Shown: one piece after another, positions 1 through 12,832 of the stretch
Numbering within the stretch: the stretch's first letter is position 1
Layout: each line of letters begins with the position of its first letter
Source of the DNA: Malacoraja senta
Taxonomy: Eukaryota
Direction: 5' to 3'
Assembly: GCA_038087875.1 (NCBI GenBank)
Contig: CM075993.1
Coordinates: forward strand, 5,582,001-5,646,000
Length of the DNA stretch: 64,000 nt
The notes under the pieces: generated by a model
What the model was told of the DNA's origin: nothing
The model's database searches: none
Seen by the model: only the letters and a program-made list of their open reading frames with translations
Program-made: the position numbers and the translations under genes

Positions 1-702
1 TCCTGACAGTGGGTTAGCCCGAACATAGACACAATACGGTGGAGTAACTCAGCGGGTCAGGCGGCATCTCTGGAGAAAAAGGAATAGGTGACGTTTCGGG
101 TCGTGGCCCTTCTTCGGTCAAGAACATGTCGTGAGAACATGACCACAAATCCCAAGAGTTATTTATTTAGAATTTAAATAGAAAAGGTAGGCAGAAAGTC
201 ACTAACATTAAAAAATAATAACATGCTACCGATATCCTTAGGACAAGAAAGGCTGCGGCTCTTAATCAGTTGGGGTTCCCAAGAGTGAATGTTCCCAAGA
301 ATAGTTGTCTTCTGGATGACTTATCCAGCTATCCAGTTGTATTAAACAGCTATTAACTCCCTCAAGAAGGACTAATTTTCACGATTCAATCTAGACCAGT
401 ATGTTTTGGCATACTATTCAATTAGATAAGGTATCACAGTTAATCCTGCTTCTGCCCCATCTCCAAGTTTCTAAGAAGGCTTATATTGTCCAAGACAATA
501 TGAATACATATCTCTGCTTTTATTGTTTCCCTCCCCCTCCCCAATATCCATCAGTCCAGTGGTAGAGAAGATGAACACAGACCTCCTCAGCTGGGGACCA
601 AATACCCTGATGGACTTCTACGGCCTGATGTAGTTTGGCTACACCACGAGCATCGAGACAAGCCATGGAGGGGTCAGGCAGGTGTCAAACACTGAGCCCT
701 AC

Positions 703-868
703 CTGCACGAGTGTGATTCACGTTCTGATTCTCAAACATCTGCACGGACTCCCCCACAAACAGGATCTTCTCTGCCACCCTCACCGGGATGTATGAGGGC
801 AGCATCTCAGCTCGCAGTGAAAACTGCTTCAGGGATGTGGCCAACATGTCCTCCTCTTCAATTAACCG
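703..868 (-). CDS. TUBGCP4: Gamma-tubulin complex component 4, internal exon (166 bp)
   Basis: Encodes RLIEEEDMLATSLKQFSLRAEMLPSYIPVRVAEKILFVGESVQMFENQNVNHTRA, near-identical to vertebrate GCP4 as recalled; cag acceptor and G|gtaggg donor; phase fits the upstream exon. Confidence 0.95.
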
Positions 869-983
869 CTGTGGGAAATATACAAAAATATTGATAACAG
901 GGCCATCTATATCTTTCCCAAATATTATCACTACTTACAGACATAATTCTCCTTCTCATCCCTCATAAAACAATTTGCATTCA

Positions 984-1270
984 GGGTGGCACAGCGGAAG
1001 AGTTGCTGCCTCACAGCGCCAGAGACCTCAGGTTCGATCCTGACTACAGGTGTTGTCTGTACAGTTTTTGTATGTTCTCCTTGTGACCACGTGGGTTTTC
1101 TCTGGGTGCGGTGGTTTCCTCCCACACTTCAAAGCTGTGCAGGTTTGTAGGTTAATTGGCTTCGGTATGTTGTAAAATTGTCCCTTGTCTGTGTAGCTTA
1201 GTGTACAGGGTGATCGCTGGTGGGTGCGGACTTGGGCCTGTTTCCACGCTGTATCTTTAAAGTCTAACGT
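984..1270 (+). mobile_element. HE1-like tRNA-derived V-SINE
   Basis: A-box GGTGGCACAGCGG, B-box GGTTCGATCC, central GGTTTCCTCCCACA domain, CR1-like 3' end GGGCCTGTTTCC..CTGTATCT. Further copies at about 3628-3930(-), 4730-5010(+), 16255-16480(+), 24107-24425(+), 32170-32455(-), 40130-40410(-), 46775-47075(-), 52145-52460(-), 59425-60015(+), 60240-60720(-), 62015-62320(-). Confidence 0.85.
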
Positions 1271-1828
1271 CTATAAGGATCTTTCTGCACCTCCGGATAA
1301 TGTGGGTCATAATCAAAGGTATAATTTATGGACAGGTTGACCTGAAAAGTATAAGACTTCAGTAATTGTGAACTGTTGTCAACCAAAGTAACAAGAGAAG
1401 TTTTGAGCAAAGCAACATCGCACTAACACTGTTGAAGCTCATACAATATTGCTGTGGCATCTTTAGCAAGTGGGTCTCAAAGGTTTATCGCAAATAACCC
1501 AAAAGAGAACTTGCAAAAGAGAACAACTATTTATTTATTTCTGTGTTGCTTCCTGTGACAAAATGCACTGCATTTCAATACATAAACTCTCTTGTGTAAA
1601 GTGAAGCAACACACTGAGAAACAGATTTTCTCATTTCTGAGTAATCATTGTTTCCAGTAACTAAATTTCTTTTCATTTCATTACCAGTAACTTCATTTCA
1701 ATAACTTCAATAGTTCTTCATTGGGCGTGAATTACGTTGTGATGATCTGGTCAGGGAGTCCTACAGCACTGAAACAGGTCCTTCAGCCCAAATTATCCAT
1801 ACCAACCAAGACAATATACAAAAGACAT

Positions 1829-2610
1829 TAGACAATAGGTGCAGGAGTAGGCCATTTGGCCCTTCGAGCCAGCACCGTCATTCAATGTGATCATGGCTGA
1901 TCATCCCCAATCAGTACCCCGTTCCTGCCTTCTCCCCATATCCCCTGACTCCGCTATTTTTAAGAGCCCTATCTAGCTCTCTCTTGAAAGCATCCAGAGA
2001 ACCTGCCTCCACTGCCCTCTGAGGCAGAGAATTCCACAGACTCACCACTCTCTGTGAGAAAACCCATGTAAGCTGGTTCTATCTGTCCACATTTGGCCCA
2101 TATCCCTCTAAACCTTTCCTATCCATGTATGTCTCCAAATGTCTTTTAAATGTAATTCTGGTACCTGCCTCAACCATCTCGTCTGGCAGCTCACTCCATA
2201 TATATATCCACCATCCTCCGAGTGAAAAGGTTGCCCCTCAGGTTCCTATTAAATCTCACCTTAAACATATGTCCCCTTAGTTTTGATTTGCCTACCCTGG
2301 ATAAAAGGCAGTGCATTTACCCTATCTACTCTCTGCTTTGATTTGACACACCTTTAGAAGGTCGCCCCTCAGCCTCCTGAGCTCCAAAGAATAAAGCCAA
2401 GCCTGTCCACTCTCTCCCTATAGCTCAGCCCCTCAAGTCCTGGCAACTTCCTTCTAAATCTTCTCTGCACACTTTCCAGCTTACTGACACCCTTCCTATT
2501 GCAGGGTGACCAAAGCTGAACACACTACCCCAAATGTGGCCTCACCAACGCCTTGTACAACTATAACATAACGTCCCAACTTCTATACTCAATACCTGAC
2601 TGATGAAGCC
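1829..2610 (-). mobile_element. CR1 (HER1-like) LINE 3' fragments, two subfamilies
   Basis: Reverse complement of the recurrent CR1 3' end (GAATGGCCTACTCCTGCACCTATTGTCT) and of the RT C-terminus (RVVSLWNSLPQ). Confidence 0.8.
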
Positions 2611-2644
2611 CATTGATAAAAATACATCTATTGGTGTTCTTGAA

Positions 2645-2897
2645 CATCATCAGTGGTCATTGGGTGTTTCGGGTCGTTCAATATTAGACACCCTCACCCA
2701 GGCGACCCAGCCGTGGTTGATCAAACCACGACTTGTGTTCAGGTGGCAGTCGCTCCTCCCCATGGACCTCCTCTCCTGCTCCAGAGCCATCTCGAGGCCC
2801 TCTCCACTGCCTCTGTGGTGTTCTTGACGGCTCTTCTCCTCTCCATTCCGGTGATGCCCAGTGCACTCAAGGCTTTGTAGAGCGATTGCCCTGCAAA
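2645..2897 (-). mobile_element. HERO/NeSL-like non-LTR retrotransposon 3' fragment
   Basis: Minus frame FAGQSLYKALSALGITGMERRRAVKNTTEAVERASRWLWSRR resembles the C-terminus of RLE-type (HERO) elements, followed by a short 3' UTR; recognised from memory. Confidence 0.6.
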
Positions 2898-4048
2898 ATA
2901 CACCATAAGACTTCTGGATCACCCTATCTATTTGTGAAGTCATGAGAAGCTCTGAAATGCAAACTTTTCTTCTCATTTTCAGAGCTATTCCACTATAAGG
3001 ACAAATGTTTATTCCATCAGCACTGGAAGGGGTTGGTGGGGATGCTGGCGGTGGTGGTAGGAACAGTAGATTGGCTGCACAGAATGCACATCACCTCAAG
3101 CCACACCAATTACGGAGCCTTTTCATTACAAAGCTCTCCCATAGCTCCCAGAACTGTGAGGCCACTAATGAAAGAGCAACTGGCTCATAGGAGAAGTCCA
3201 GCTAACTAAAGACAGCTGACTGAACATCAACTGTGATACAGCCATTAACCCAGGGCAATTCATCAGAGTCAATTAATTCTGTTCTTCCATGCTGTCAGGT
3301 CGAATAACTCTGTCAAGTCAGTGTTCCTGACAAACTCAGTTTAAAAATCACAGACATTACACCAGGGAGGCAGAATGATGGAAAATCGTTGATGACATGA
3401 ACCATTCTGCAAGGAGCGAATATTTTTTAAGTAGTTCAAATGTGACAGTAGTTCTTGCAAATTCAATCACATACGGATACAATCATTTACACAGGAAGAA
3501 CTGTAATTAAAGCTAACAATGATATTAGCGTTATTGTGTTGTTTCTATGGTTTGCAAGACCTTGCCGTAAAAGTAGGGTCCTTGCAGCTGATAATGAAAT
3601 ATTTCTTCCATGCATAACTACCTCATATTTAGTTTAGTTTAGAGATACAGCATGGAAACCGGTCCTTCAGTCCACTGGGTCCACACTGACCAATGATCAC
3701 CCGTTCGATGTTATCCCAGTTTTGCATCCCACACGTCAAGGGCAATTTATAGAGGCCAATTAACCTATAAACCTGCACGTCTTTGGGATGTGGGAGGAAA
3801 CCGGAGTACCCGGAGGAAATGCACGCAACCACAGGGAGAAGGTCCAAACACCACACAGACTGCACCCATGGTCAGGATCGACCCCGGTTCTCTGGTGCTG
3901 TGAGGCAGCAGCTCTACCGCTGTGCTTCTGTGTCGTTACACCAACATTTTCAGATCTAGTCCACTATAGAGACAAATCACATCACTGTTACAAGCAGTTC
4001 TAGTTCGGACTTACTAATAGGTTTCTCTCTTCTTACGAAGGCTCTTAC

Positions 4049-4253
4049 CAGATCCTGGAGCTCCTTGAGCTGCTTCCCAGTCAAGCCTCGGATTCCTAGA
4101 TCCTCCTCCTCTTCCTCCTCAGGCTGAGTGCCAACATTCCCAGAGGAAGGCCCCTGCTTGATAAAAAACTCCTCGTACATGTCTAATAAGAGTCCATGCA
4201 GCATCCACGCAGACAGCTGTTTGTACATCACACCGTGACACACTGCCAGGATC
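4049..4253 (-). CDS. TUBGCP4: GCP4 internal exon (205 bp)
   Basis: Encodes ILAVCHGVMYKQLSAWMLHGLLLDMYEEFFIKQGPSSGNVGTQPEEEEEEDLGIRGLTGKQLKELQDL; ttcag acceptor, gtaag donor; the first base completes the AAG codon from the previous exon. Confidence 0.96.
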
Positions 4254-6242
4254 CTGAATTCAGACAGCATGTATCAGAATATGCTTACCAACACATTTGT
4301 TAAGATCAATATTTCGTTATTATGTAAAAACAAGAAACTGCGGATGCTGGTTTACCAAGGAAAGACACAAAATGCTGGAGTAACTCAGTGAGTCAGGCAG
4401 CATCCCTGCAAAAATGGAATGGTGACATTTCGGGTCAGGACCCGTCTTCAGACTTCTTATATATCAGAATTATTTTATTATTATTGTGTTTTTACCTTTC
4501 AGCTTATAAATTAGTGTACAAATCTATGAAGCTCTGTGTAGTCTTCCACCTGCCTTCCTTGGCACAGTTAATCAGGACCACCTTACCTGCAACATATACC
4601 TGCATTGTAACAGTGGCTGTACATCAATGGGATGTCATTGGCCAAACAAGTTTTGTGTGTCGGCATGATGCTGAACATTGACATTGATTTTTTTAATTTA
4701 CTTTAACATCTATGGTGCAACATCCAGCATGGTGGCGCAGCGGTAGAGTTGCTGCCTTAAAGCGCCACAGACCTGAGTTTAATCCTGACTATGGGTGCAT
4801 GTCTGTATGGAGTTTGTACGTTCTCCCCGTAACTTGCGTGGGTTTTCTCCAGGATCCTCCCACACTCCAAAGACGTACAGGTTTGTAGGCTATTTGGCTT
4901 GGTATAATTGTAAATTGTCCCTAGTGTGTGTAGGATAGTGTGCGGGGATCACCGGTCGGCGCAGACCCGATGGGCTGAAGAGCCTGTTTCCGTGCTGTAT
5001 CAATAAACTAAACCCCAAATTGGACTAATCCCCATTGGCCTCACTTTTTAAATTTTTAAATCACATTTTTAAGTCTAAGCTCAACTTTGCTTAATTACTA
5101 CTTTTCTTCCCTTCTATGTTTTGAACATTTAGGACATCCTACAACCTCAGCTGTAGCGTTTTATTTACCACTCAGGCTCAGAGAGAATGAAGTTACAGAA
5201 ATGTCCAAGGCAGTGGATGAGAGATGAAGAGATAGTCTTCTGGTGCACGCAATGGTTTGATAATACTGAAGACTGTAACATCCAGGTTCAGGAACAGCTT
5301 CTTCCCCACAGCCATCAGGCTATTAAACACAACAATGAATAAGCTCTGAGCTCTGAACTGCAAAAGACTATATTACTATTTGTTATTTGCACTATATTTG
5401 TTATTTATTGAACTTTTTCTTTTTTCCCCCCGTTATATACAATGTTTACATATTCACATATTCTGTTGTGCTGCAGCAAGTAAGAATTTCATTGCCCCAT
5501 CCGGGACATATGACAATAAAACACTCTTGACTCTTGACTCTACTCGCGTAGAGGATTAATTTGACTAATTATGACTAATCAGTCAAACTAAGTATGACGA
5601 ATTTGACTAGATATCATGCAAACAACTGTATCTCGACATACATGGCAATGAAAAAGCAATATCAATACTAAATCGTTGCTCTATCAGAAACGTATGTCAC
5701 AGAAATGTTTCTGTCAATTTGTCTGGGGATTTTATGGATAGCACAATTTATACAGGCCCTATCTACACATCTGCGCTGACAACAATAAACACAAGTCCAA
5801 TCGAGCTGCCATATAGGTAGTTGAGGCAGTTACTATCACAAAGTTTTAAAAACATTCGGACAGGTACATGGATGGGATTAGAGAACTATGGGCCAAACAC
5901 AGGCAGTTAGGACTAGTGCAGATGGGACATGTTGATTGGCATGGACAAGGTGGGCCGAAGAGCCTGTTTCTACATTGTATGACTCTATGATGTGAGGTTT
6001 TGGGTTGGTACCCTTCTTCAGACTCAAGGAAAAGAAAACTCGGCGTGACAAGGCCTGGCAGGTAATAAGTTGATGCAGGTGAAGAGAATCTTTTGTCCCA
6101 CCTAGACATGCATCTATTTCTCCCCTCCCCATTTGATTATTTTCCCCACATAACTTTAGTGAAAGCAAATTTTATTCCGTATGTCAAATTTTGGGGTCGA
6201 GATCTGTGAAATCTGTAAGGATTGTGTAAGCATTTGTGAATT

Positions 6243-6800
6243 ACCTGGAGTATTGTGTGCAGTTTTGGTCCCCTAATTTGTGGAAGGACATTCTTGCTAT
6301 TGAGGGAGTGCAGCGTAGGTTTACAAGGTTAATTCCCGGGATGGCGGGACTGTCATATGCTGAGAGAATGGAGCGACTGGGCTTGTAAACTCTGGAATTT
6401 AGAAGGATGAGAGGGAATCTTATTGAAACATATAAGATTATAAAGGGTTTGGACACGCTAGAGGAAGGAAAGATGTTCCCGATGTTGGGGGAGTCCAGAA
6501 CCAGGGGCCACACAGTTTAAGAATAAGAGGTAAGCCATTTAGAACGATGATGAGGAAACACTTTTTCACACAGAGAGTTGTGAGTCTGTGGAATTCTCTG
6601 CCTCAGAGGGCGGTGGAGGCAGGTTCTCTGGATACTTTCAAGAGAGAGCTAGATAGGGCTATTAAAGATAGTGGAGTCAGGGGATATGGGTGAGAAGGCA
6701 GGAACGGGGTACTGATTGGGATGATCAGCCATGATCACATTGAATGGTGGTGCTGGCTCGAAGGGCTGAATGGCCTACTCCCGCACCTATTGTCTATTGT
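6243..6800 (+). mobile_element. CR1 LINE 3' fragment
   Basis: LEYCVQFWSP..IEGVQRRFTRLIPGM..FTQRVVSLWNSLPQ plus conserved 3' UTR and CTATTGT tail. Similar pieces at about 7313-7660, 9452-9825, 46262-46548 (+) and 21706-22108, 22475-22905, 26773-27270, 39232-39920, 48023-48212, 55909-56552, 60820-61265, 61410-61780, 63025-63385 (-). Confidence 0.9.
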
Positions 6801-6930
6801 CATAATTTACAAAACCCAAACATGGGGGTTACCTGTACTGCTTTCTCAATATTAACACACAACACTTAGATCCAACAATTGCAGACAATGACAGGAAAAC
6901 TGTGGTTATATAAATCGCCCGCTCCCTTAC

Positions 6931-7010
6931 TTCTCCAATGCACAGCGGACTGGCGGAAGTCCTCCACAGCTGTGTTTGTGAACAGTCTCCAGGAGTTGGC
7001 AACCATGAAT
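6931..7010 (-). CDS. TUBGCP4: GCP4 internal exon (80 bp)
   Basis: Manual translation IHGCQLLETVHKHSCGGLPPVRCALE(K); ttag acceptor, gtaagg donor, ends in phase 2. Confidence 0.95.
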
Positions 7011-8994
7011 CTAATGTGGTAACAAAAAACATCAAAGTGAGACCCAATTATACTGACAAGTTGTTGCTGAAAATTCAATGCTACAATCAAACTATTCTTT
7101 GTCATTTTAAGAGGCTTCATTCTAATCCCCTTCTTGAAAATTGCCGCTGTCCAGTTCTAGCCATTTTATTTATTTCTATTTAGCAAAGGCATGGATGCAG
7201 AGTAACAGCATGATATTGAATGCATTACACATAGAGCTATCGAGGTTGTCATTCAACATCCACACCTACGCACGGCCCAGCAAGGCATTGGCATAAGGAG
7301 GAATAGGTGGCTTGGATTAAGTGGATGTGGAGAGGATGTTTCCACTAGTGGGGGAATCTAGGACTAGAGGACACAGCCTCAGAATTAAAGGACGTTCTTT
7401 TAGGAAGGAGATGAGGAGGAATTTCTTTAGTCAGAGGATGGTGAATCTGTGGAATTCTTTGCCACAGAAGACTGGAGGCAAAGTCAGTGGATATACTTAA
7501 GGCAGGGATAGATAGATTCTTGATTAGTACGGGTCTCTGAGGTTATGGGGAGAAGGCAGGAGAATGGGGTTAGGAGGGAGAGATAGATAAGCCATTATTG
7601 AATGGTGGAGTAGACTTGATGGGCTGAATGGCCTAATTCTACTCCTATCACTTATGATCTTATGACATGTTTTTTTGTGTGCTTTGTTTGAATGACTGAA
7701 TGGAGATAAAACCAGAACTGCCACATTACTGCTACCACCAGAAATGACTGAAGCTCCTTCCTCGGGGTATCCAGACAACCGGGTACATTTATCCTGATAC
7801 TGTAGTGCAATAGTGAGGGTATTTTGGATGAAACAAAAAACAAAATCCTTTTTGCATATCTTACATTAATTTGCTCTATGTACCTTTTCATATCTCTCGG
7901 TTCCCTCTCCCGACTCAATCTGAAGAAGGTTCTCAAGCCGAAACGTCACCTATGCCTTTTCTCCAGAGATGCTGCCTGACCTGCTAAGTTATCCCAGCAA
8001 TTTGTGTGGGATGTTGTGTATCCCAACATCTTCGGTGTAAACCGGCATCTGCAGTTCAACTCCTACACAAAATCCCAACCATTCTCTGGTGTAAAGGATC
8101 TCATGGTATTATTTTAAAGAGTGGGAGTGGGCTCTCCTTTGATGTCCTGATCAATATCTATCCTCCAACCAACCTCAACAAAGTGGAGACACGTGGGGAC
8201 TGCAGATGCTGGAATCTTGAGCCAAATACAAAGTGCTGGGGGAACTCAGCAGGTCAGGCAGCTTCTCTGGAGGGAAAGGGCAGACAGCATGTCCAGTCAG
8301 GATCCTTCTTTGGGTTGATCCCCAAAATAGATTTGTTGGCCTCTAACATGATGTTGTTTGTGAGTTAGTGTGCACAAACTATCGTATATATTCCTTCGTA
8401 TGACATTGGTGTGGCTGACTCAACCTGCCATCAGTCGGTGGGGGCGCTGCGAGTCGGCTGCCATGCCAGCAGTGTGTTCGTTATGGCGACTACGGAGGGT
8501 TTATGGCCCCGACCACGGGTGAACAAAGGAGGAGGACTGGCTGAACTTTGTAGCCTTTCACCACAGTGAAGAATGCTGTGGTGGATGTTTGTGTTAAATC
8601 TTATTGCGTTTTTTTTTTTTTTAATTTTTTAAAATATTTTTATTTTATTAGAAGTACAATTGTATACAATCATATTTTCATAATACATTTTATGTACAGC
8701 TTCTTAATTTTTTTGTGTGTTCCTTTTAAGTGTATCGCTGCTGGCAAATTCATTTCACTGCTCCTAAGGGTGCACGTGATGAATAAAATTGACTTTGACA
8801 ATGTCCATTCCTAATTGCCATTGAACTGAGTGTTGTGTTAAATCATTTCCTTGGCTTTGTTCCTTCTCTAAAGGGGATGAGTTGGGATTTCGCAAAAACA
8901 GATTATCATTACAAGAATTACATTTTGAATTACTTTTTAACTGCTTGAATTTAAATTCACCTGCTGCCTTTGTGGGATTTAAACTTAATTTCAG

Positions 8995-9430
8995 AATACT
9001 CGAAAAAGTAGTAAACACTGCCCAGTCCATCATCGGCTCTGACCTCCCTTCCATCGAGGGGATCTACCACAGTCGCTGCCTCAAAAAGGCTGGCAGCATC
9101 ATCAAGGACCCACACCATCCTGGCCACACACTCATCTCCCTACTACCTTCAGGTAGAAGGTACAGGAGCCTGAAGACTGCAACGTCCAGGTTCAGGAACA
9201 GCTACTTCCCCACAGCCATCAGGCTATTAAACCTGGCTCGGACATAACACTGAACTTTATTAGCCAATACTGTTATTTGCACTTTATCAGTATATTGACC
9301 ATTGTGTATATATTTATAGAATGCCTTATAGTAAATGCCTACTATGTTCTGTTGTGCTCAAGCAAAGCAAGAATTTCATTGTCCTACCAGGGACACATGA
9401 CAATAAACTCACTTGACTTGACTTGACTAA
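8995..9430 (+). mobile_element. Rex1/Babar-like LINE 3' end
   Basis: [36 protein letters not shown], then AATAAA and (CTTGA)n tail; nearly identical 3' UTRs at 16480-16720 and 48815-49123. Confidence 0.8.
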
Positions 9431-10164
9431 GCATCTACTTTGTGGCCCACTTCTTAAAATTCTTAAGGGGTTGGACAGGCTAGATGCAGGAAGATTGTTC
9501 CCGATGTTGGGGAAGTCCAGAACAAGGGGTCACAGTTTAAGGATAAGGGGGAAGTCTTTTAGGACCGAGATGAGAAAAACATTTTTCACACAGAGAGTGG
9601 TGAATCTCTGGAATTCTCTACCACAGAAGGTAGTCGAGGCCAGTTCATTGGCTATATTTAAGAGGGAGTTAGATGTGGCCCTTGTGGCTAAGGGGATCAG
9701 GGGGTATGGAGAGAAGGCAGGTACGGGATACTGAGTTGGATGATCAGCCATGATCATATTGAATGGCTGTGCAGGCTCGAAGGGCCGAATGGCCTACTCC
9801 TGCACCTATTTTCTATGTTTCTATGTTTTCCTTTATTATACAATGACCATACTTCAAAAGGTATTTAAATGGTAGTAATGCATTTTGAAATATCCTGAAG
9901 GGGATAGTAAAGGGGAAGAGAAATTAAAATTATTTATTTTTGGGCAAGAGAGTGCGAAGGGTTTACCTTTAAGAAATCCTTTAGATCGTAATAGGATTTG
10001 ACAGGCTAGCCTCGGAAAATGTGCTTTCACTTGCAATGAACATTAATACAAGGCAGTCTCCAATAAATCCTATACAAACAAGTTGAAAAGGTGCTTGGAT
10101 CCCAGATAACAAATACCACAATATAAAGTTAGGCAGTCAGCAACGTTAGTGAACCAAGACCTAC

Positions 10165-10221
10165 CTTTTGAGATTTGATCTGTTCAACGACCACCATAAC
10201 AGACGGGAACAGCAGCTGAAA
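10165..10221 (-). CDS. TUBGCP4: GCP4 internal exon (57 bp)
   Basis: Manual translation FQLLFPSVMVVVEQIKSQK; pyrimidine tract plus cag acceptor, gtaggt donor. Confidence 0.95.
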
Positions 10222-10783
10222 CTGAGAGAAAAAAAAGTAGTCAACTATAGAGTAAACATGAAGGGAAGACCTTCATAAACTAGAGGCTAGTTACCTGGCC
10301 TGAGCCCAAAGGGACCATTGAGTTCAGGTTGGGTCAGGTTTATATTATGTGTTTTGGTTGGGCCAAGCCAGATCAATAGTTTAAAAAATAAAAACATTGG
10401 TAATTCAGCTTAGCAAGTCTTTTTTTTGCTAATGCATTCAAAACTGCTTCCACCTTCATTAGAATTACCCCACTAGAGGAAAGTGATGCTTGTAGTAATT
10501 CTGAGGGGAAAAAAGTCTTTGGGCTGGGACTGGTCATATTTGGGTCAGCTTAAGTTAATATTATACCCAAGCTGGCCACCAGCCAGAAGAAGGGTCTTGA
10601 TCCGAAACATCACCCATTCCTTCTCTCCAGAGATGATACCTGTCGCGCTGAGTTATTCCAGCATTTTGTGTCTACCTTTGATTTAAACCCTTTATATCAA
10701 AATATCAGGTCAACTCAGAACAAAATAGCAGGTCAACTCAGAACAGTGGGGTTAAGAACACCTGCATCGTGTGCAAGTGGCAT

Positions 10784-10983
10784 NNNNNNNNNNNNNNNNN
10801 NNNNNNNNNNNNNNNNNNNNNNNNNNNNNNNNNNNNNNNNNNNNNNNNNNNNNNNNNNNNNNNNNNNNNNNNNNNNNNNNNNNNNNNNNNNNNNNNNNNN
10901 NNNNNNNNNNNNNNNNNNNNNNNNNNNNNNNNNNNNNNNNNNNNNNNNNNNNNNNNNNNNNNNNNNNNNNNNNNNNNNNNNNN
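10784..10983. other. Assembly gap (200 N)
   Basis: Run of N; the round size suggests a placeholder of unknown true length. Confidence 0.99.
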
Positions 10984-12364
10984 CTTTGACAAATTTAGCT
11001 ATGTTTTGTACTTCTTCAAGATCTTTGTTAGCTAGAATCCCCCTCTCCACATTTTCCTTGTATGTCTTCACCTACATCGCCAGGAACTTTAAGTACAAAG
11101 TACAGCAAGTGAAGATGTAAACAACTGAGCAATAGTTGTGCTCTTTGACTTCTCCAATACTTCCAATGTCAAGGAATACTCCTTTGATGGTTGACCTGCC
11201 TCCAGTTTACCGCTGACCACATTGGCAACATATCTCCCCACAGCATTGGTTGTCTCGTCTATTGAGATCCATATTTTGATGCATGCAACTTCATCTCTAA
11301 TTTTCTGCACAACAATGTTGAAGTTGCTGTCAACATATTTTTTCTGTAATGATGACTCGCTCGGTATAGGTTCCTTTGTGTATTTCCCTAAAAAAACTCT
11401 GAGAGATTTGTTTTCCAATTTCCACAGTGGAATTCCAGCATCAATGAATGCTTTGCACAGATCACTCGAAAACTCAGATCTGTAAATCTGCCAGCAGTAA
11501 ATGTTGTGAGGAGACAAGCTTGCGTATTTCCTACCTTCAGTTTCTCTGCCGTCGACTTGTGTTTAGCTGTCTGTACATGCTGGGAGACAAAATATTTCTT
11601 CTCATGATTCACTACTTTCTCACATGCTTTGCAAAACAGCACACAGTTGTCTGTAGAGAATATATCACTCCCGTACACTCTCACCAAATCGATCAGTTTT
11701 TTACAAGGCGTTGACTTGACTTTAGGCATTTTGACGCTTGCAGGGGTAGATCCTACAGGAGCGGGGGATGCTGACCTCTACTGGCAGGCCAAGTACAAGC
11801 TGAGAAGAGGAATCAGAGCTGCCAAGGAAAGATACTCTGAGAGGTTGAGGAGCAAGCTCTCAGCAAATGACTCTTCTTCAGTGTGGAAGGGCTTGCAAGA
11901 AATCACAAGCTACAAGAGGAAACCCCCCCGCTCCTTGGGCTATCGTCAGCTGACCAACGACCTGAAGGAGTTCTACCACAGGTTCGATAAACAGAAACTT
12001 AACCCTGGTACCCCCATACCCCATCCCCAACATTTCACACCTACTCACAGCTTCTCCAGTTTCAAAAGACTAGATCCTTCCCCATCTACTCCCTCCCTAA
12101 TCACCACGTCACACCTACTTAAAGCATGACTCCAGTCTGCAAAGACTGAACCCTTTCCCACACACCCCTCTCCAATCACCACTTAACACCCACTTACAGC
12201 CCGGTTTCGCCCTGGTGCTGTAAATGTTCTTGTAATTTACGTTAAAATGGCAAAAAAAGAGGCTGATTTAGGCACTCAATCGTGAAAAAGGCATTATCTT
12301 CCTGAAATCATCAAAAAAGGCATGAAAAGGCACTCATGGCATTTATGGCAAAATCCTGGCTCTA
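10984..12364 (-). mobile_element. Defective hAT-like DNA transposon (CGGBP1-related type) with nested LINE fragment
   Basis: Frameshifted ORF from 11729: MPKVKST..DIFSTDNCVLFCKACEKVVNHEKKYFVSQHVQTAKH (BED-like Zn finger), SEFSSDLCKAFIDAGIPLWKL, IWISIDETTNAVGRYVANVV (first catalytic Asp); probable terminus TAGAGCCAGGATTTT at 12364 with repeated ATGCC subterminal motifs. Confidence 0.7.
11750..12210 (+). mobile_element. Rex1-like LINE internal fragment nested in the hAT-like element
   Basis: GDADLYWQAKYKLRRGIRAAKERYSERLRSKLSANDSSSVWKGLQEITSYK..DLKEFYHRFD, typical of the pre-RT region. Confidence 0.65.
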
Positions 12365-12794
12365 CTAGTTACAAAACCAATTACATAAACTTTTAGTTTA
12401 GCTTAGAGATACTGCATGGAAACACCAAGTGAACTGGGGTAGACTTGATGGGCCGAATGGCCTAATTCTATTCCCATTCCTTATGACCTTATAACACTGA
12501 CCATCAAACACCCGCTCACACTATGTTATCCCATGCTATCCCGCTTTCTCATCCACTCCCTACACACTAGGGACAATTTACGGAGGATAATTCACCTACA
12601 AACCCGCGTGTCTCTGAGATGGGTTTTTTAACGGAACCTCAGAGTCACAACTGAATAAATGCTTCAAGATGCCCATGCTCAGGCCACTTGCTGATCACTA
12701 ATTTGAATCGGCCCAACACCAACGCCTTCAGCTCCCAGGTTTCGTATAGTTTAGTATAGAGACATAACATGGAAACAGGCCCTTAGGCCCACCT

Positions 12795-12832
12795 TGGGTC
12801 TGAAGAAGGGTCTCGACCTGAAACGTCACCCA
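12795..12832 (+). ncRNA. Minimal type I hammerhead ribozyme motif (Penelope-associated)
   Basis: TGGGT-CTGAAGA-A-GGGT(CTCG)ACCT-GAAA-CG-TC-ACCCA: stem I TGGGT/ACCCA, conserved core, stem II, palindromic ACGT in place of stem III; predicted cleavage after C12827. Confidence 0.6.

Noticed and set aside
984..1050. tRNA genes
   Set aside because: A/B boxes belong to SINE heads; no complete cloverleaf with a proper 3' end was seen.
10290..10345. Possible next upstream TUBGCP4 exon (CAG|GTAAC donor)
   Set aside because: Translation does not match the expected FLGDPHLSISHVNY..DQ peptide.
10668..11120. ORFs spanning the N run
   Set aside because: Artefacts of translating the gap.
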